NCBI GenBank assembly: GCA_051891155.1
Contig: JBJFEV010000082.1
Coordinates: 1 to 29,632 of the forward strand
Source: Bacilli bacterium
GTDB lineage: Bacteria; Bacillota_I; Bacilli_A; RFN20; CAG-449
DNA length: 29,632 nt
Direction of reading: 5' to 3'
Numbering within the stretch: position 1 is the stretch's first letter; each line of letters starts with the position of its first letter. The translations under genes and the position numbers were made by a program. This document shows positions 1 to 10,024 of this stretch, one piece after another. The notes beneath the pieces are model-generated. The model saw only the letters and a program-made list of their open reading frames with translations. It was not told where the DNA came from and made no database searches.

Positions 1-319
1 AATAAGTTAAATCACCATCTTGATCTACTTTTATTCCTAAATCAGTTTCCATTTCTTTATAGATGTTGATAAGAGATGGAGGTAGCTTTTCACAAAGTAC
101 GGAAAATGATAAGCCATGAGCTTGATTAGGCTCATGATATGGATCTTGTCCTAAAATTACCACTTTAGTTTGTTCTAGAGGAGTATATTCAAATGCCGCG
201 AAAATTTGTTCGTAAGGAGGATAGCAAACATACTTAGCGTATTCTTCATCCACAAAATTCATAAGCGATGTGAAATAATCCTTCTTCTTTTCACAAGAAA
301 TAAATTCGTTCCAATTCAT
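1..319 (-). CDS. ung: Uracil-DNA glycosylase (family 1), 3' part runs off the left edge; absent from the ORF track
   Basis: Manual translation from ATG at 319: MNWNEFISCEKKKDYF...VVILGQDPYHEPNQAHGLSFSVLCEKLPPSLINIYKEMETDLG, containing the GQDPYH and LPPSL motifs. Open frame to the window edge; starts 2 nt after the DUF1653 stop. Confidence 0.95.
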   Translation of the reverse strand, partial: MNWNEFISCEKKKDYFTSLMNFVDEEYAKYVCYPPYEQIFAAFEYTPLEQTKVVILGQDPYHEPNQAHGLSFSVLCEKLPPSLINIYKEMETDLGIKVDQDGDLTY

Positions 320-321
320 AA

Positions 322-570
322 TTATTTACCTTGCACACTTTCAATAGATACTTCTTCAAAACGATATTTACTTTTTACAGAAGGATACTTTTGATGATCT
401 ACTTCACTTAAGAACATATCAAGAGGTCGAATATATAATTTAGAGTCTCCATATAAAGCTCGATAAACGACATATTCTTCTTTTGTTTCTGAATGGATAG
501 CAACATCTTCCACTAAGTAAAGATTGCCTTTAAAATGACGATATATTCTATTCTTCTTTATTTGTCTCAT
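322..570 (-). CDS. DUF1653 domain protein (small, SH3-like)
   Basis: YRHFKGNLY...HSET.E.YVVYRALYG...RPLDMF family signature. Start moved from 585 to ATG at 570, which follows a GAGGGTG RBS-like run and overlaps the uvrC 3' end. Confidence 0.9.
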   Translation of the reverse strand: MRQIKKNRIYRHFKGNLYLVEDVAIHSETKEEYVVYRALYGDSKLYIRPLDMFLSEVDHQKYPSVKSKYRFEEVSIESVQGK

Positions 571-2335
571 TTTTTTCACCCTCATTTATATAATTATAAA
601 TCGCTTTAGCAATATCAAGTGGAACTAATTGCTCTAATTCCTCGACACTTGCTTTCTTTAGACTATCTAGCGATGGATATGCCTTCATCAATAATTCTTT
701 TCGTTTCTTGCCAATACCTTTTATCTCATCAAAAAGATTATGCGTTAATCCTTTTCCTCTTTTTTGTTGATGAAAGGATATTGCATAGCGATGAACTTCA
801 TCTTGCATTCTAACAAGCATTAAAAATAAACGTGACTTATGATCGATAGGAATGACTTGATCATTATAAATTAATCCTGATGTATGATGTTTATCATTTT
901 TAGCAAGTCCAACAAGAGGAATATTTATTTCTAAAGAATCTAATACTTCTTTAGCTACATGCATTTGATTTTCTCCCCCATCGACGATGATTAAGTCAGG
1001 AAATTCTTTATTTTCATTTTTAAGGCGCGAATATCTTCTTTTAATAACTTCCCTCATCGATTTTAAATCATCTTTACCACTTGATTCTTGAATGTTAAAT
1101 TTACGGTATAAAGAAGGAGCCTTTACTCCATTTACAAAAACGACCATAGCTCCTACTGGATATGACCCTTGCAAATGAGAATTATCAAATAGTTCGATAC
1201 GTAAAGGGGTAGGTATATTTAATTTAGATCCTAATTCTTCTAAAAGGGATAAACTATCATCTTCTAATCTAGCGGTCAAAAAATGTTCATCTAAACCATT
1301 TTTAGCGTTTTCTAAAGCAATTAATAATAAATCCTTTTTAAAGCCACGTTCAGGTGCGCTAGATTTTATTTCTAAAGCATTTTCAATCTCTTGTGCCAAG
1401 TCTTCTTTTGCGATAACTAATTCCTTTGGCTTATTATGATTAATATAATATTGACCTAAGGAAGATAATATCTCTTCATTCAAGTCATCAAATGCCTCTA
1501 AAACGAAAACATTTTTACCAAGTAGATTACCTCTTCGATATGTCATAATACATAAAGAAAAATAATTTTCCCGTTCGGAATAACCAATAACATCACGATC
1601 GATATGGTCTTGAAGAGTGATGCTTTGTTTATTACAAGTTTTATCAATATCGGATAAAAGATTTTTATATTCTAAAGCTTTTTCAAATTCTAAAGAAGCG
1701 GACGCTTCTAACATCTTTTTTTCAATATCTTGTTTAATTTTTGTTGTTTCACCATTTAAGAAATGATTAATTTCATTAACTAAAGGCTCATATTCCTCTT
1801 CACTAATCTTTTTGACACAAGGTCCTAAACATTGACCTAAATGATAATATAAACATGGTTCTTTTCTTAAATTTTGACATTTTCTTAATGGAAAAATTTT
1901 ATTGAGTAAATCAATAGTATGATAACAAGAAGAAGAGGAAGGAAATGGTCCAAAATATTTAAAAGAAGGATCTTTGTCTTTATAAGATATCTTTAAAAAT
2001 GGATCCCCTTTTTTTGAAAGTGCGATAAAAGGATAAGATTTACCATCCTTTAAAAGAATATTAAATTTAGGATAATATTTTTGAATTAAATTAATTTCAA
2101 GAAGCAATGCTTCCTTTTCAGAAGGAGTTTCAATCGTATCAAAGTCTTGGATTTCTCGTACCATTCGTAAAACTTTACCTTCTTGTGGACGAGTGAAATA
2201 CTGCTTTACTCGCTTAATCAAACTCTTGGCTTTACCAACGTATATTACTTTACCATCAATATTTTTCATGATATATACGCCTGGTTTACTTGGTAATAAT
2301 TCAATTTTAGCTTTTACAAGTTCGTTATTTATCAT
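548..2335 (-). CDS. uvrC: Excinuclease ABC subunit C
   Basis: GIY-YIG (PGVYIM...IYVGKAK), Cys cluster (CQ...PCLYYHLGQCLGPC), RNase H-like endonuclease (ELFDNSH, DLIIVDGG) and C-terminal HhH (IKGIGKKR). ATGA overlap with the mutS2 stop. Confidence 0.98.
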   Translation of the reverse strand: MINNELVKAKIELLPSKPGVYIMKNIDGKVIYVGKAKSLIKRVKQYFTRPQEGKVLRMVREIQDFDTIETPSEKEALLLEINLIQKYYPKFNILLKDGKSYPFIALSKKGDPFLKISYKDKDPSFKYFGPFPSSSSCYHTIDLLNKIFPLRKCQNLRKEPCLYYHLGQCLGPCVKKISEEEYEPLVNEINHFLNGETTKIKQDIEKKMLEASASLEFEKALEYKNLLSDIDKTCNKQSITLQDHIDRDVIGYSERENYFSLCIMTYRRGNLLGKNVFVLEAFDDLNEEILSSLGQYYINHNKPKELVIAKEDLAQEIENALEIKSSAPERGFKKDLLLIALENAKNGLDEHFLTARLEDDSLSLLEELGSKLNIPTPLRIELFDNSHLQGSYPVGAMVVFVNGVKAPSLYRKFNIQESSGKDDLKSMREVIKRRYSRLKNENKEFPDLIIVDGGENQMHVAKEVLDSLEINIPLVGLAKNDKHHTSGLIYNDQVIPIDHKSRLFLMLVRMQDEVHRYAISFHQQKRGKGLTHNLFDEIKGIGKKRKELLMKAYPSLDSLKKASVEELEQLVPLDIAKAIYNYINEGEKNETNKEE

Positions 2336-4650
2336 TTAAGATATACCACAGTAGCACCTACGCCACCTTCTCCTATTCCTCCAAGACGAAATGACTTAAC
2401 TTCTTTTCTTTTCTTTAAATATTCGTGAACCGCAGTTCTTAATTTACCTGTACCTGAACCATGGATAATTCTAACTTGCGAGTAATTAGCGGCTATAGCG
2501 CTATCGAGATAACGATCTAATTCTTGAATTCCATCATCGCAAAATAAACCAATAATATTACACTCTAGAGGTACTTTAACTTCGCTCTTATAAGGAGAAA
2601 CATAAGTTAATTTTTCTTTCTTCTTTTCCTTTTTTATTTTATGAATATTATTTAATTTAGCATTAACATTCATTCCTTGATCACTCAATATTCTTACATT
2701 ATTACCTTTAATTTGTATTACTTTACCACACATTGCCGAATCATTAATTCGTACTTGATCACCCACATTAATCGTCGCATTTTCTCTTTCTTCCTCATCG
2801 TATTCGATTTGATCATCAAGTTTCTTTTTGCTTTTTATTACTTCATGAAGTTTAAATTCACCATTTTTTCTAAACTCTTCTACAATAGAATCAATTTGTT
2901 CTTTTGCTTCTTGAATTAACTTCATTTTTTCTTCATTTGCATTTTGAACTAAATCTTCTCTTTTTCTTTTAAGAATATCTTGTTGGCGTATGAGTTCTTC
3001 TTTTTCTTTTTCTACTTCTTTAAGTTTTTCTTCTAGAGTGTAAGAAATACGTTCGTTCTCTTCAATACGATCTTGCAACATCTTCATTGTTATTTCTTTA
3101 TCTGTTTTAATCTTTTGATTAATATAGTCAGAAGCAAAGGCTAAAACACGTTTATCTAATCCTAAACGTTGTCCTACTTCTAGACCATAACTCTTGCCTG
3201 CAACACCAAGGCGAAGACGATAAGTTGGTATAATATTCTTCTCATCAAATTCCATAGAAGAATTTAAGATGTAATCATGCTCCAATGCGAAGGCTTTTAT
3301 TCCATCGTAGTGAGAAGTAATAATGGAAAAACATCCTACCTCGTGCAGACGATCGATTACTCCTAAAGCAATTGCTTCCCCATCTAAAGGAGAAGTACCT
3401 GTGCCAAGTTCATCTAATATTACCAAAGAATCATATGACACTTCATCAACTATTTTAACAATCTTTGAGATGTGTCCTGAGAAAGTGGAAAGATTATCCA
3501 TTAGGGATTGATTATCACCGATATCGACAAAAATATCTTTGAAAAAACAATGTTCTCCCACTTCATCAACAGGTATCGCCAGTCCACATTCACTCATTAA
3601 AATAAGTAAGCCAATCGTTTTTATAGCTACCGTTTTACCGCCAGCATTAGGGCCGGTAATTAACATAGTTTTTTGTTTATCTAGTACAAAAGAATTCTTA
3701 ACTACTTTATTTTGATCAAGAAGAGGGTGTCTAGCTCCTTTAAAGACGATTTTTCTTTCGTTTGTAATACGAGCAACACTACCATTAATTTCAATAGCGT
3801 AATTTGCTTTTGCAAGTAAAAAATCTAAATATGAAATAACTTCTTGATTCATTTGTAAAGAAGGTAAATATTTCTCAACGTTTCTTGATAATTCATACAA
3901 AATGCGATGAATTTCTTCATGCTCTTTTTCTCTTAATCTTTGTATCTTAGCGTTTGAAGCAATTATTTCATAAGGCTCAATAAATGAAGTATTTCCCGTA
4001 TCGGACATATCTACAATTGCTCCATCAATTTTCCCTTTATAAGCCGATTTAATAGGAAGAGCATAAGAAGAATTTCTCATCGTTACTCTTTCATCATTTA
4101 AAATATCTTTATATTTAACAAGCAAAGAAGACATAATTCTTTGTTGAGAAGCTTCTTCATTACGAATAGAACGTCTTATCTCTCTTAAAGTAGATGAGGC
4201 TGAATCAGCAATATCTAAATCAGGTGTGATGATGCGATCTATATTATTTTTCAAAGATTCACATGGTTCTAATTTTCTAATTAATCCCAATACTAAAGGA
4301 TAAGTCTCATCCTTAACTGATTCGTTGAGTAAAGAAGCTGCATTTCCTAAAAGTGATGATACTTGATAAAAGAAATCAATACTTCCTACTCCATCCTTTC
4401 GTAATAAAAGAAAAAAGGAAGATAAATCCTTATGAGGTGTAATAACTAAAGAACGATATTTATAAGTATATGAAAGTGTTTCTTCTAAATATTTTAATTC
4501 GTTAACTAATTCTTCTTGTGAATTAAAAATTTCTAAATTTCTAATCTTTTCTAGGGCAATTTCACCACGAGCATACTTTTCTATCTTCTTTTTAATCAAG
4601 TCAAATTCAAAACTTTGGTAAATATCTTTCATATTTTTCACCTTCTTCAT
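2332..4650 (-). CDS. mutS2: Endonuclease MutS2 (Smr-domain; ribosome-collision factor family)
   Basis: Walker A ITGPNAGGKT, STFSGH, Walker B ILDELGTGT, coiled coil, KOW-like VGDQVRI and C-terminal Smr IIHGSGTGKLR...GGVGATV. An alternative start at 4632 is possible. Confidence 0.97.
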   Translation of the reverse strand: MKKVKNMKDIYQSFEFDLIKKKIEKYARGEIALEKIRNLEIFNSQEELVNELKYLEETLSYTYKYRSLVITPHKDLSSFFLLLRKDGVGSIDFFYQVSSLLGNAASLLNESVKDETYPLVLGLIRKLEPCESLKNNIDRIITPDLDIADSASSTLREIRRSIRNEEASQQRIMSSLLVKYKDILNDERVTMRNSSYALPIKSAYKGKIDGAIVDMSDTGNTSFIEPYEIIASNAKIQRLREKEHEEIHRILYELSRNVEKYLPSLQMNQEVISYLDFLLAKANYAIEINGSVARITNERKIVFKGARHPLLDQNKVVKNSFVLDKQKTMLITGPNAGGKTVAIKTIGLLILMSECGLAIPVDEVGEHCFFKDIFVDIGDNQSLMDNLSTFSGHISKIVKIVDEVSYDSLVILDELGTGTSPLDGEAIALGVIDRLHEVGCFSIITSHYDGIKAFALEHDYILNSSMEFDEKNIIPTYRLRLGVAGKSYGLEVGQRLGLDKRVLAFASDYINQKIKTDKEITMKMLQDRIEENERISYTLEEKLKEVEKEKEELIRQQDILKRKREDLVQNANEEKMKLIQEAKEQIDSIVEEFRKNGEFKLHEVIKSKKKLDDQIEYDEEERENATINVGDQVRINDSAMCGKVIQIKGNNVRILSDQGMNVNAKLNNIHKIKKEKKKEKLTYVSPYKSEVKVPLECNIIGLFCDDGIQELDRYLDSAIAANYSQVRIIHGSGTGKLRTAVHEYLKKRKEVKSFRLGGIGEGGVGATVVYLK

Positions 4651-4752
4651 TTAGTATTTTACCAAAACGTTACTACATTGTTAATGAAAATAATTTTTTA
4701 TTTATGAACTAATAAAGTAATTATGATAATATTTATAAAGAGGTGAGACAAA

Positions 4753-5655
4753 ATGAAAGAAAATGTATCTTTTGTCATCGATAAAGAAGTAAAAGAATTA
4801 ATGGAAAAACATTATTCATCCTATAAAACCGCTATTAAAGGTGATTACGTTGTTTTTTCTGCTTCTTTAAATTCTTCCTTAACTCTTATTATTTATTCTT
4901 CAAAAAAAGGTTATAAAGCTTATTTTTCTGGTATTGGTGCTCTTCAAGAAGCGCGTTACTGGGATAAAAAAGCTTCATTAATAATTCCTAAAGAAAAAGA
5001 AAGATATGAATGGATTAATCTTAAATCACAAATCGGATCAGATGAAGTAGGAACCGGTGATTTTTTTGGACCTGTTATTGTTGTCGCGGCATTTGTAAAA
5101 GAAGAACAAATTGATTATCTTCATCATTTAGGAGTAGATGATTCTAAGAAACTAAGTGATAAAAAAATCTTAGAAATTGTTCCTTCTTTATTAAACTGTG
5201 TCACTTACTCTATGCTTTGTCTTGACAATATTACTTACAATCAACAAATTGAAAAAGGAGAATCAATGAATTCACTTAAAGCCATCCTTCATAATCGAGC
5301 TTTACTAAATGTAGAAAAAAAGATCAATGCAAAGAATATACCTTTATTTATTGACCAATTTTGTGAAGAAGATTTATTCTTTCATTATTGTAGAAATCAA
5401 AAGGAAATCATTAAAGGTGCTACATTTAAAACTAAAGGAGAATCGTTTTTTCCTTCAGTTGCAGTTGCTTCTTTAATTGCCCGTTATACTTTTTTGAAGA
5501 AGTTGGAGGAATTAAGTAACATATACCAAATGTCCTTTCCTAAAGGCGCTTCTTTATCCGTAGATGAATTCGCCTCATCTTTTATAAAAAAATATTCTAA
5601 AAAAGAATTATATAAAGTTTGTAAAACTAATTTTATCAATTATTCTAAGTTATAA
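4753..5655 (+). CDS. rnhC: Ribonuclease HIII
   Basis: IGSDEVGTGDFFGP, GVDDSKKL, IDQF and VAVASLIAR motifs, plus an N-terminal TBP-like extension. AGAGGTGA RBS. Confidence 0.95.
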   Translation: MKENVSFVIDKEVKELMEKHYSSYKTAIKGDYVVFSASLNSSLTLIIYSSKKGYKAYFSGIGALQEARYWDKKASLIIPKEKERYEWINLKSQIGSDEVGTGDFFGPVIVVAAFVKEEQIDYLHHLGVDDSKKLSDKKILEIVPSLLNCVTYSMLCLDNITYNQQIEKGESMNSLKAILHNRALLNVEKKINAKNIPLFIDQFCEEDLFFHYCRNQKEIIKGATFKTKGESFFPSVAVASLIARYTFLKKLEELSNIYQMSFPKGASLSVDEFASSFIKKYSKKELYKVCKTNFINYSKL

Positions 5656-5659
5656 AAAT

Positions 5660-5703
5660 AAAAAGATGATTGAGCTCAGTACGTTCTCACATCATCTTTT
5701 TTT
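5660..5703. terminator. Bidirectional intrinsic terminator between convergent rnhC and rluD
   Basis: AAAAAGATGATTGAG...CTCACATCATCTTTTTTT inverted repeat with A and T tracts on either side. Confidence 0.8.
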
Positions 5704-5710
5704 ATATCAA

Positions 5711-6628
5711 TTATTTATTTCTAGCCTCTTCAATAACTCTTTTACATTCTTCATCTAAGTCACAAGTAAAGGTCATTTCTTTATTAGTACGTGGATGAAT
5801 AAAAGTTAAAGAATAGGCATGAAGAATTTGTCCATTAGCTTTAATTTCTTGTTTACGATAGCCATATACTGGATCTCCAACAATAGGATGTTTAATATAT
5901 TGCATATGGACTCTAATTTGATGGGTTCTTCCCGTTTCGAGTTTGCATTGAACTAAAGTATTATACTTCATTCTTTCCACCACGTGGACATGAGTGATAG
6001 CCTCTTTACCATTATAGATATCAACGCATTGTTTTAATCGATCATTCTTATCTTTTCCAAGTGGCGCATTTATTAATAAATCAGTATGAGGAATAACTCC
6101 TTCCACTAGAGCATAGTATTCTCTATGCATAGTATGATCTTTTAATTGATTAGATAAAAAGACATGAGTAAAATCGTTTTTAGCGACCACTAAAAGACCA
6201 GATGTATCTTTATCGATACGATGGACAATACCAGGTCTAATTACCCCATTTATCGATGATAAATTTTTGACTGAATATAGAAGGGCATTTACTAACGTAT
6301 CACCATCATAATGACCATTAGAAGGATGGACTACCATGCCACGAGGTTTATTAATAACTAGCAAATCATCGTCTTCATAGATGATATCTAATTGGATATC
6401 TTTGCTGACGATATCTAATGGTTTTTCCTCAAGAAGAGCAAAGAGAACTTCATCATTTAAATTAACAACATAAGAAGGCTTGGTAACTACTTTGCCATTT
6501 ACTTTCACATTTCCTTCTTTTATTGTTTTAATAATATAAGATCGTGATTTATCACATTTTGAAGAAAGGAAAACATCTAAGCGAGAAGATGAATTTTCTT
6601 CATCAACTTGTAAGATTTTTTCTTCCAT
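5711..6628 (-). CDS. rluD: RluA/RluD-family 23S rRNA pseudouridine synthase with S4 domain
   Basis: RLDVFL S4 domain, GIVHRIDKDTSGLL catalytic motif and LETGRTHQIRVH. Canonical position after lspA (TAATG overlap). Confidence 0.93.
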   Translation of the reverse strand: MEEKILQVDEENSSSRLDVFLSSKCDKSRSYIIKTIKEGNVKVNGKVVTKPSYVVNLNDEVLFALLEEKPLDIVSKDIQLDIIYEDDDLLVINKPRGMVVHPSNGHYDGDTLVNALLYSVKNLSSINGVIRPGIVHRIDKDTSGLLVVAKNDFTHVFLSNQLKDHTMHREYYALVEGVIPHTDLLINAPLGKDKNDRLKQCVDIYNGKEAITHVHVVERMKYNTLVQCKLETGRTHQIRVHMQYIKHPIVGDPVYGYRKQEIKANGQILHAYSLTFIHPRTNKEMTFTCDLDEECKRVIEEARNK

Positions 6629-7239
6629 TAATCATTCTCCTTATCATTTTCTTCTTGTGCAAGAATTTCTTGCACTTTATCATCTTTTTGTAAAGAACTT
6701 TTTCTTTCGTCTAAAATATATCCAACTACAACGCAACCTATTCCAATTACAAGCAAGGCATCAGCAACATTAAATGTTGGCCATTCCATAAATCCTAAAT
6801 TGAAGTAGAAGAAATCAATAACACCACGAAAACCATTTTCGTCAAAAATACAACGATCGACTAAATTACCTACGTCTCCTGGAAGCATTAATCCTAATCC
6901 AATCAAAATCCAGTTATTCCATGTCTTATATTTACGAATAAATAAGTAAGGAATTACAATTGCTCCCGCTAGCGATACAAGTATCAAAATGATATGGGCT
7001 GGAATTGAATCAGCACCGAGACCCGCAAAACAGCCTTTATTGTATACTAGCTCAAAATGGAAGAAATTCTTTATTACTACTATTGTTCCTCGTTCAGTTA
7101 GAATCTTTTCAAAGATAATCTTTGTTACTAAATCTAATGCAAGAAGAGGAATAAACATTAAAACGCAAATACATACGACAATAAATCTTCTTTTATCAAC
7201 ATCAAGTTTTGCTCTTAAAGCTTCTAATTTATTATGCAT
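6628..7239 (-). CDS. lspA: Lipoprotein signal peptidase II
   Basis: NKGCFAG, GNLVDR, GVIDFF and FNVAD motifs; four hydrophobic segments. Start moved to ATG at 7239 (AGAGGT RBS inside ileS, ATGCATAA overlap) instead of 7266. Confidence 0.95.
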   Translation of the reverse strand: MHNKLEALRAKLDVDKRRFIVVCICVLMFIPLLALDLVTKIIFEKILTERGTIVVIKNFFHFELVYNKGCFAGLGADSIPAHIILILVSLAGAIVIPYLFIRKYKTWNNWILIGLGLMLPGDVGNLVDRCIFDENGFRGVIDFFYFNLGFMEWPTFNVADALLVIGIGCVVVGYILDERKSSLQKDDKVQEILAQEENDKEND

Positions 7240-9979
7240 CGAGTAAGACCTCTTTACATCTAGCACATACTTTAAACTCTTCTACTTCTTCTAAAGTATT
7301 AAAGAAGTTCCAGCATCTTTCACATTTGCATCCATTATGATGTTCAATTGATGTAGAAGTTACATCATATTCTTTACCAGTAGGAGCATCAACTAGTTCC
7401 ACATCAGAAACGATAAAAATCAAACGTAATTCTTCATTTGTAAATTGTTTAAAGATCTCTCTTGTCTTTTCATCTTTGATATAAATCTTAACATTTGCTT
7501 CTTGGGATGAACCGATTACTTGTGAAGATCTTGCTTCTTCTAAAGCCTTCATGACATCTGTTCTTACTTGTTTAAATAAAGCAAATTCTTTTAAGACATC
7601 ATCGCTAAATACTTTCGTGCGTTTTGGCATATCTTCTAACACGATATGGGATTTTAAATGACCTGGAATATTTTGATATACTTCATCCATAGTAAAGCAT
7701 AGTACAGGCGCAAATAAACGTGATAAATCCTCAACGATTTGATAGATGACGGTTTGAACTTCTCTTCTTCTAGAACTATTCTTTTTATCACAATATAATG
7801 TGTCTTTAGCAATAGAAGCAAAGAAAGCAGATACGTCAGAAGTCATAAAATTGAGTAAAGTTGACATCGCATTAGCAAAATCATATTTATCATAATAATC
7901 TAATACTAAATTCTTAGTTTGTTCTAAGGAAGCTAACATATAAGTTGACACCTTTGAGAATGTTGTAACATGATCAGTATCATTATTATATGCAGTATCT
8001 CCATCGCTTAAATTACCAAGTAAGAACTTAAAAGTATTTCTAATTTTACGATATGTTTCCGATACTTTCTTAATTAAATTTTCAGAGATTCTAACATCAG
8101 ATTGATAATCTACGGTTGCGCACCATAATCTTAATACATCAGCACCATAAATATTGATAATTTTATTTGGATCGACACCATTTCCTAATGATTTAGACAT
8201 TTTATTGCCTTTTTCATCAAGAATAAATCCATGTGATAATACGGCTTTATAAGGAGCTGTACCATAAAGAGCCACAGAGATTAATAAAGAAGAGTTAAAC
8301 CAACCACGATATTGATCTGATCCTTCTAAATATAAATCAACAGGATACTTTAAGCCTCTTTGACGAATTACACCATTAAATGATGAACCAGAGTCAAACC
8401 ACACATCCATAATGTCTTTTTCTTTTTTGAATTCACCATTTGGAGAAGCAGGATTGGTATATCCTTTTGGTAAGATATCTTTTACATCCATTTCATACCA
8501 AATAGATGAACCATATTGACCCACTAATTCTTCGATGCGATCGAATACTTCTTTTTCCATAATTGGTGTGCCATCTTCATTGTAGATAATAGGGATTGGA
8601 AGGCCCCATACTCTTTGACGAGAAATACACCAGTCACCACGATCGGCAATCATATTGTGCATTCTTGTTTTACCCCATTCAGGTGTCCAATTTACTTGAT
8701 CGATTTGTTCAAGTGTTTTTTCTCTAATTTTATCAATAGAACAGAACCATTGAGGTGTTGCTCTAAAGATAACTGGCTTATGTGTTCTCCAATCGTGTGG
8801 GTAGGAGTGAGTGATAGGAATCATCTTTAATAATGCTCCTTCTTCCTCAAGCATAGTAATTACTTTTTCATTTGCTTCTTCATAGAATAAGCCTTTTAAT
8901 TCCTCACCACATGTTTCATCCATCATACCTCTACCATCAACTGGACAATATGGAGGTATATCATATTTCATACAAACATTAAAGTCATCTTCACCAAATC
9001 CAGGAGCAGTATGAACACATCCAGTACCCGCATCAGCGGTAACGTGAGTACCAACAACGATTAATGATTCACGATCATACATAGGATGTTTAACTTTCAT
9101 AAATTCAAGTTCTTGTCCTTTGAATGATTTTATTTCTTCACATTCTTCTAATCCTAATGTTTCTTTTAAAGAATCTTTTAATTCTTTTAAGAATACTAAA
9201 TTACCTTTTTCTGTTTTAAATAATGCATATTCCATATATGGATTAACAGAAATTGCTAAATCGCCAGGCATAGTCCAAGGAGTTGTAGTCCAAATGACAA
9301 AATAATCATCTTGACTTAATAATCCTTTTCCATCGGTAACTTGGAATTTTACATAAATAGTTTTAGCATCTACATCTTTATATTCAATTTCCGCGATAGC
9401 TAAAGCAGATTCAGAAGATGGAGAATAAAAGACAGGTTTAAGTCCTTTATAGATTAATCCATCTAATGCCATTTGTGCAAAAACATGAATTTGGCTCTTT
9501 TCAAAATCTTTTGTTAATGTGATATATTTGTTTTCAAAATCACCTAGAACACCTAAGCGCTTGATTTGGACTTCTTGACGTGCAACTTGTTTATAAGCAA
9601 ATTCCTCACATTTTTTTCTAAAATCAACTATAGGAGTAGTTTTGCGATTTACCCCAGATTTAGTTACTGCATTTTCGATTGGAAGACCATGAGTATCCCA
9701 TCCAGGAATAAAATATGTTTTATAACCAGACATTGCTTTTTGTCTTAAAATAATATCCTTTAAGATTTTATTTAACATATGACCACAGTGCATATCTCCA
9801 TTAGCGTATGGTGGGCCATCATGAAGCATAAAATCTTGTGCATTTTTATTCTTTTCAAGCAATTCGTCATAAACTTTATCTTCTTGCCATTTTGCAAGGA
9901 TAAGAGGCTCTTTTTGCGCTAAATTGCCCTTCATTTCAAAACTTGTTTTACCCATCAATAAAGTTTGTTTGATTTCCAT
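7232..9979 (-). CDS. ileS: Isoleucine-tRNA ligase (type 1)
   Basis: HDGPPYANGDMHCGH (HIGH variant), GWDTHGLPIE, WTTTPWT, WCISRQR, KMSKS and C-terminal Zn motif CERCW...CARC. AGGAGG RBS; T-box leader upstream. Confidence 0.99.
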   Translation of the reverse strand: MEIKQTLLMGKTSFEMKGNLAQKEPLILAKWQEDKVYDELLEKNKNAQDFMLHDGPPYANGDMHCGHMLNKILKDIILRQKAMSGYKTYFIPGWDTHGLPIENAVTKSGVNRKTTPIVDFRKKCEEFAYKQVARQEVQIKRLGVLGDFENKYITLTKDFEKSQIHVFAQMALDGLIYKGLKPVFYSPSSESALAIAEIEYKDVDAKTIYVKFQVTDGKGLLSQDDYFVIWTTTPWTMPGDLAISVNPYMEYALFKTEKGNLVFLKELKDSLKETLGLEECEEIKSFKGQELEFMKVKHPMYDRESLIVVGTHVTADAGTGCVHTAPGFGEDDFNVCMKYDIPPYCPVDGRGMMDETCGEELKGLFYEEANEKVITMLEEEGALLKMIPITHSYPHDWRTHKPVIFRATPQWFCSIDKIREKTLEQIDQVNWTPEWGKTRMHNMIADRGDWCISRQRVWGLPIPIIYNEDGTPIMEKEVFDRIEELVGQYGSSIWYEMDVKDILPKGYTNPASPNGEFKKEKDIMDVWFDSGSSFNGVIRQRGLKYPVDLYLEGSDQYRGWFNSSLLISVALYGTAPYKAVLSHGFILDEKGNKMSKSLGNGVDPNKIINIYGADVLRLWCATVDYQSDVRISENLIKKVSETYRKIRNTFKFLLGNLSDGDTAYNNDTDHVTTFSKVSTYMLASLEQTKNLVLDYYDKYDFANAMSTLLNFMTSDVSAFFASIAKDTLYCDKKNSSRRREVQTVIYQIVEDLSRLFAPVLCFTMDEVYQNIPGHLKSHIVLEDMPKRTKVFSDDVLKEFALFKQVRTDVMKALEEARSSQVIGSSQEANVKIYIKDEKTREIFKQFTNEELRLIFIVSDVELVDAPTGKEYDVTSTSIEHHNGCKCERCWNFFNTLEEVEEFKVCARCKEVLLDA

Positions 9980-9994
9980 AAAATTTCCTCCTAC

Positions 9995-10024
9995 AAAATA
10001 AAAACGTCCTTAATCTAAGGACGT
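9995..10024 (-). terminator. T-box attenuator terminator
   Basis: ACGTCCTTA-GAT-TAAGGACGT stem followed by TTTTATTTT. The 5' arm CGTCCTT can alternatively pair with the T-box to form the antiterminator. Confidence 0.9.

Noticed and set aside
61-120. Apparent frameshift in ung near CEKLPPS
   Set aside because: Recounting the A run shows an intact frame (TGT GAA AAG CTA CCT CCA).
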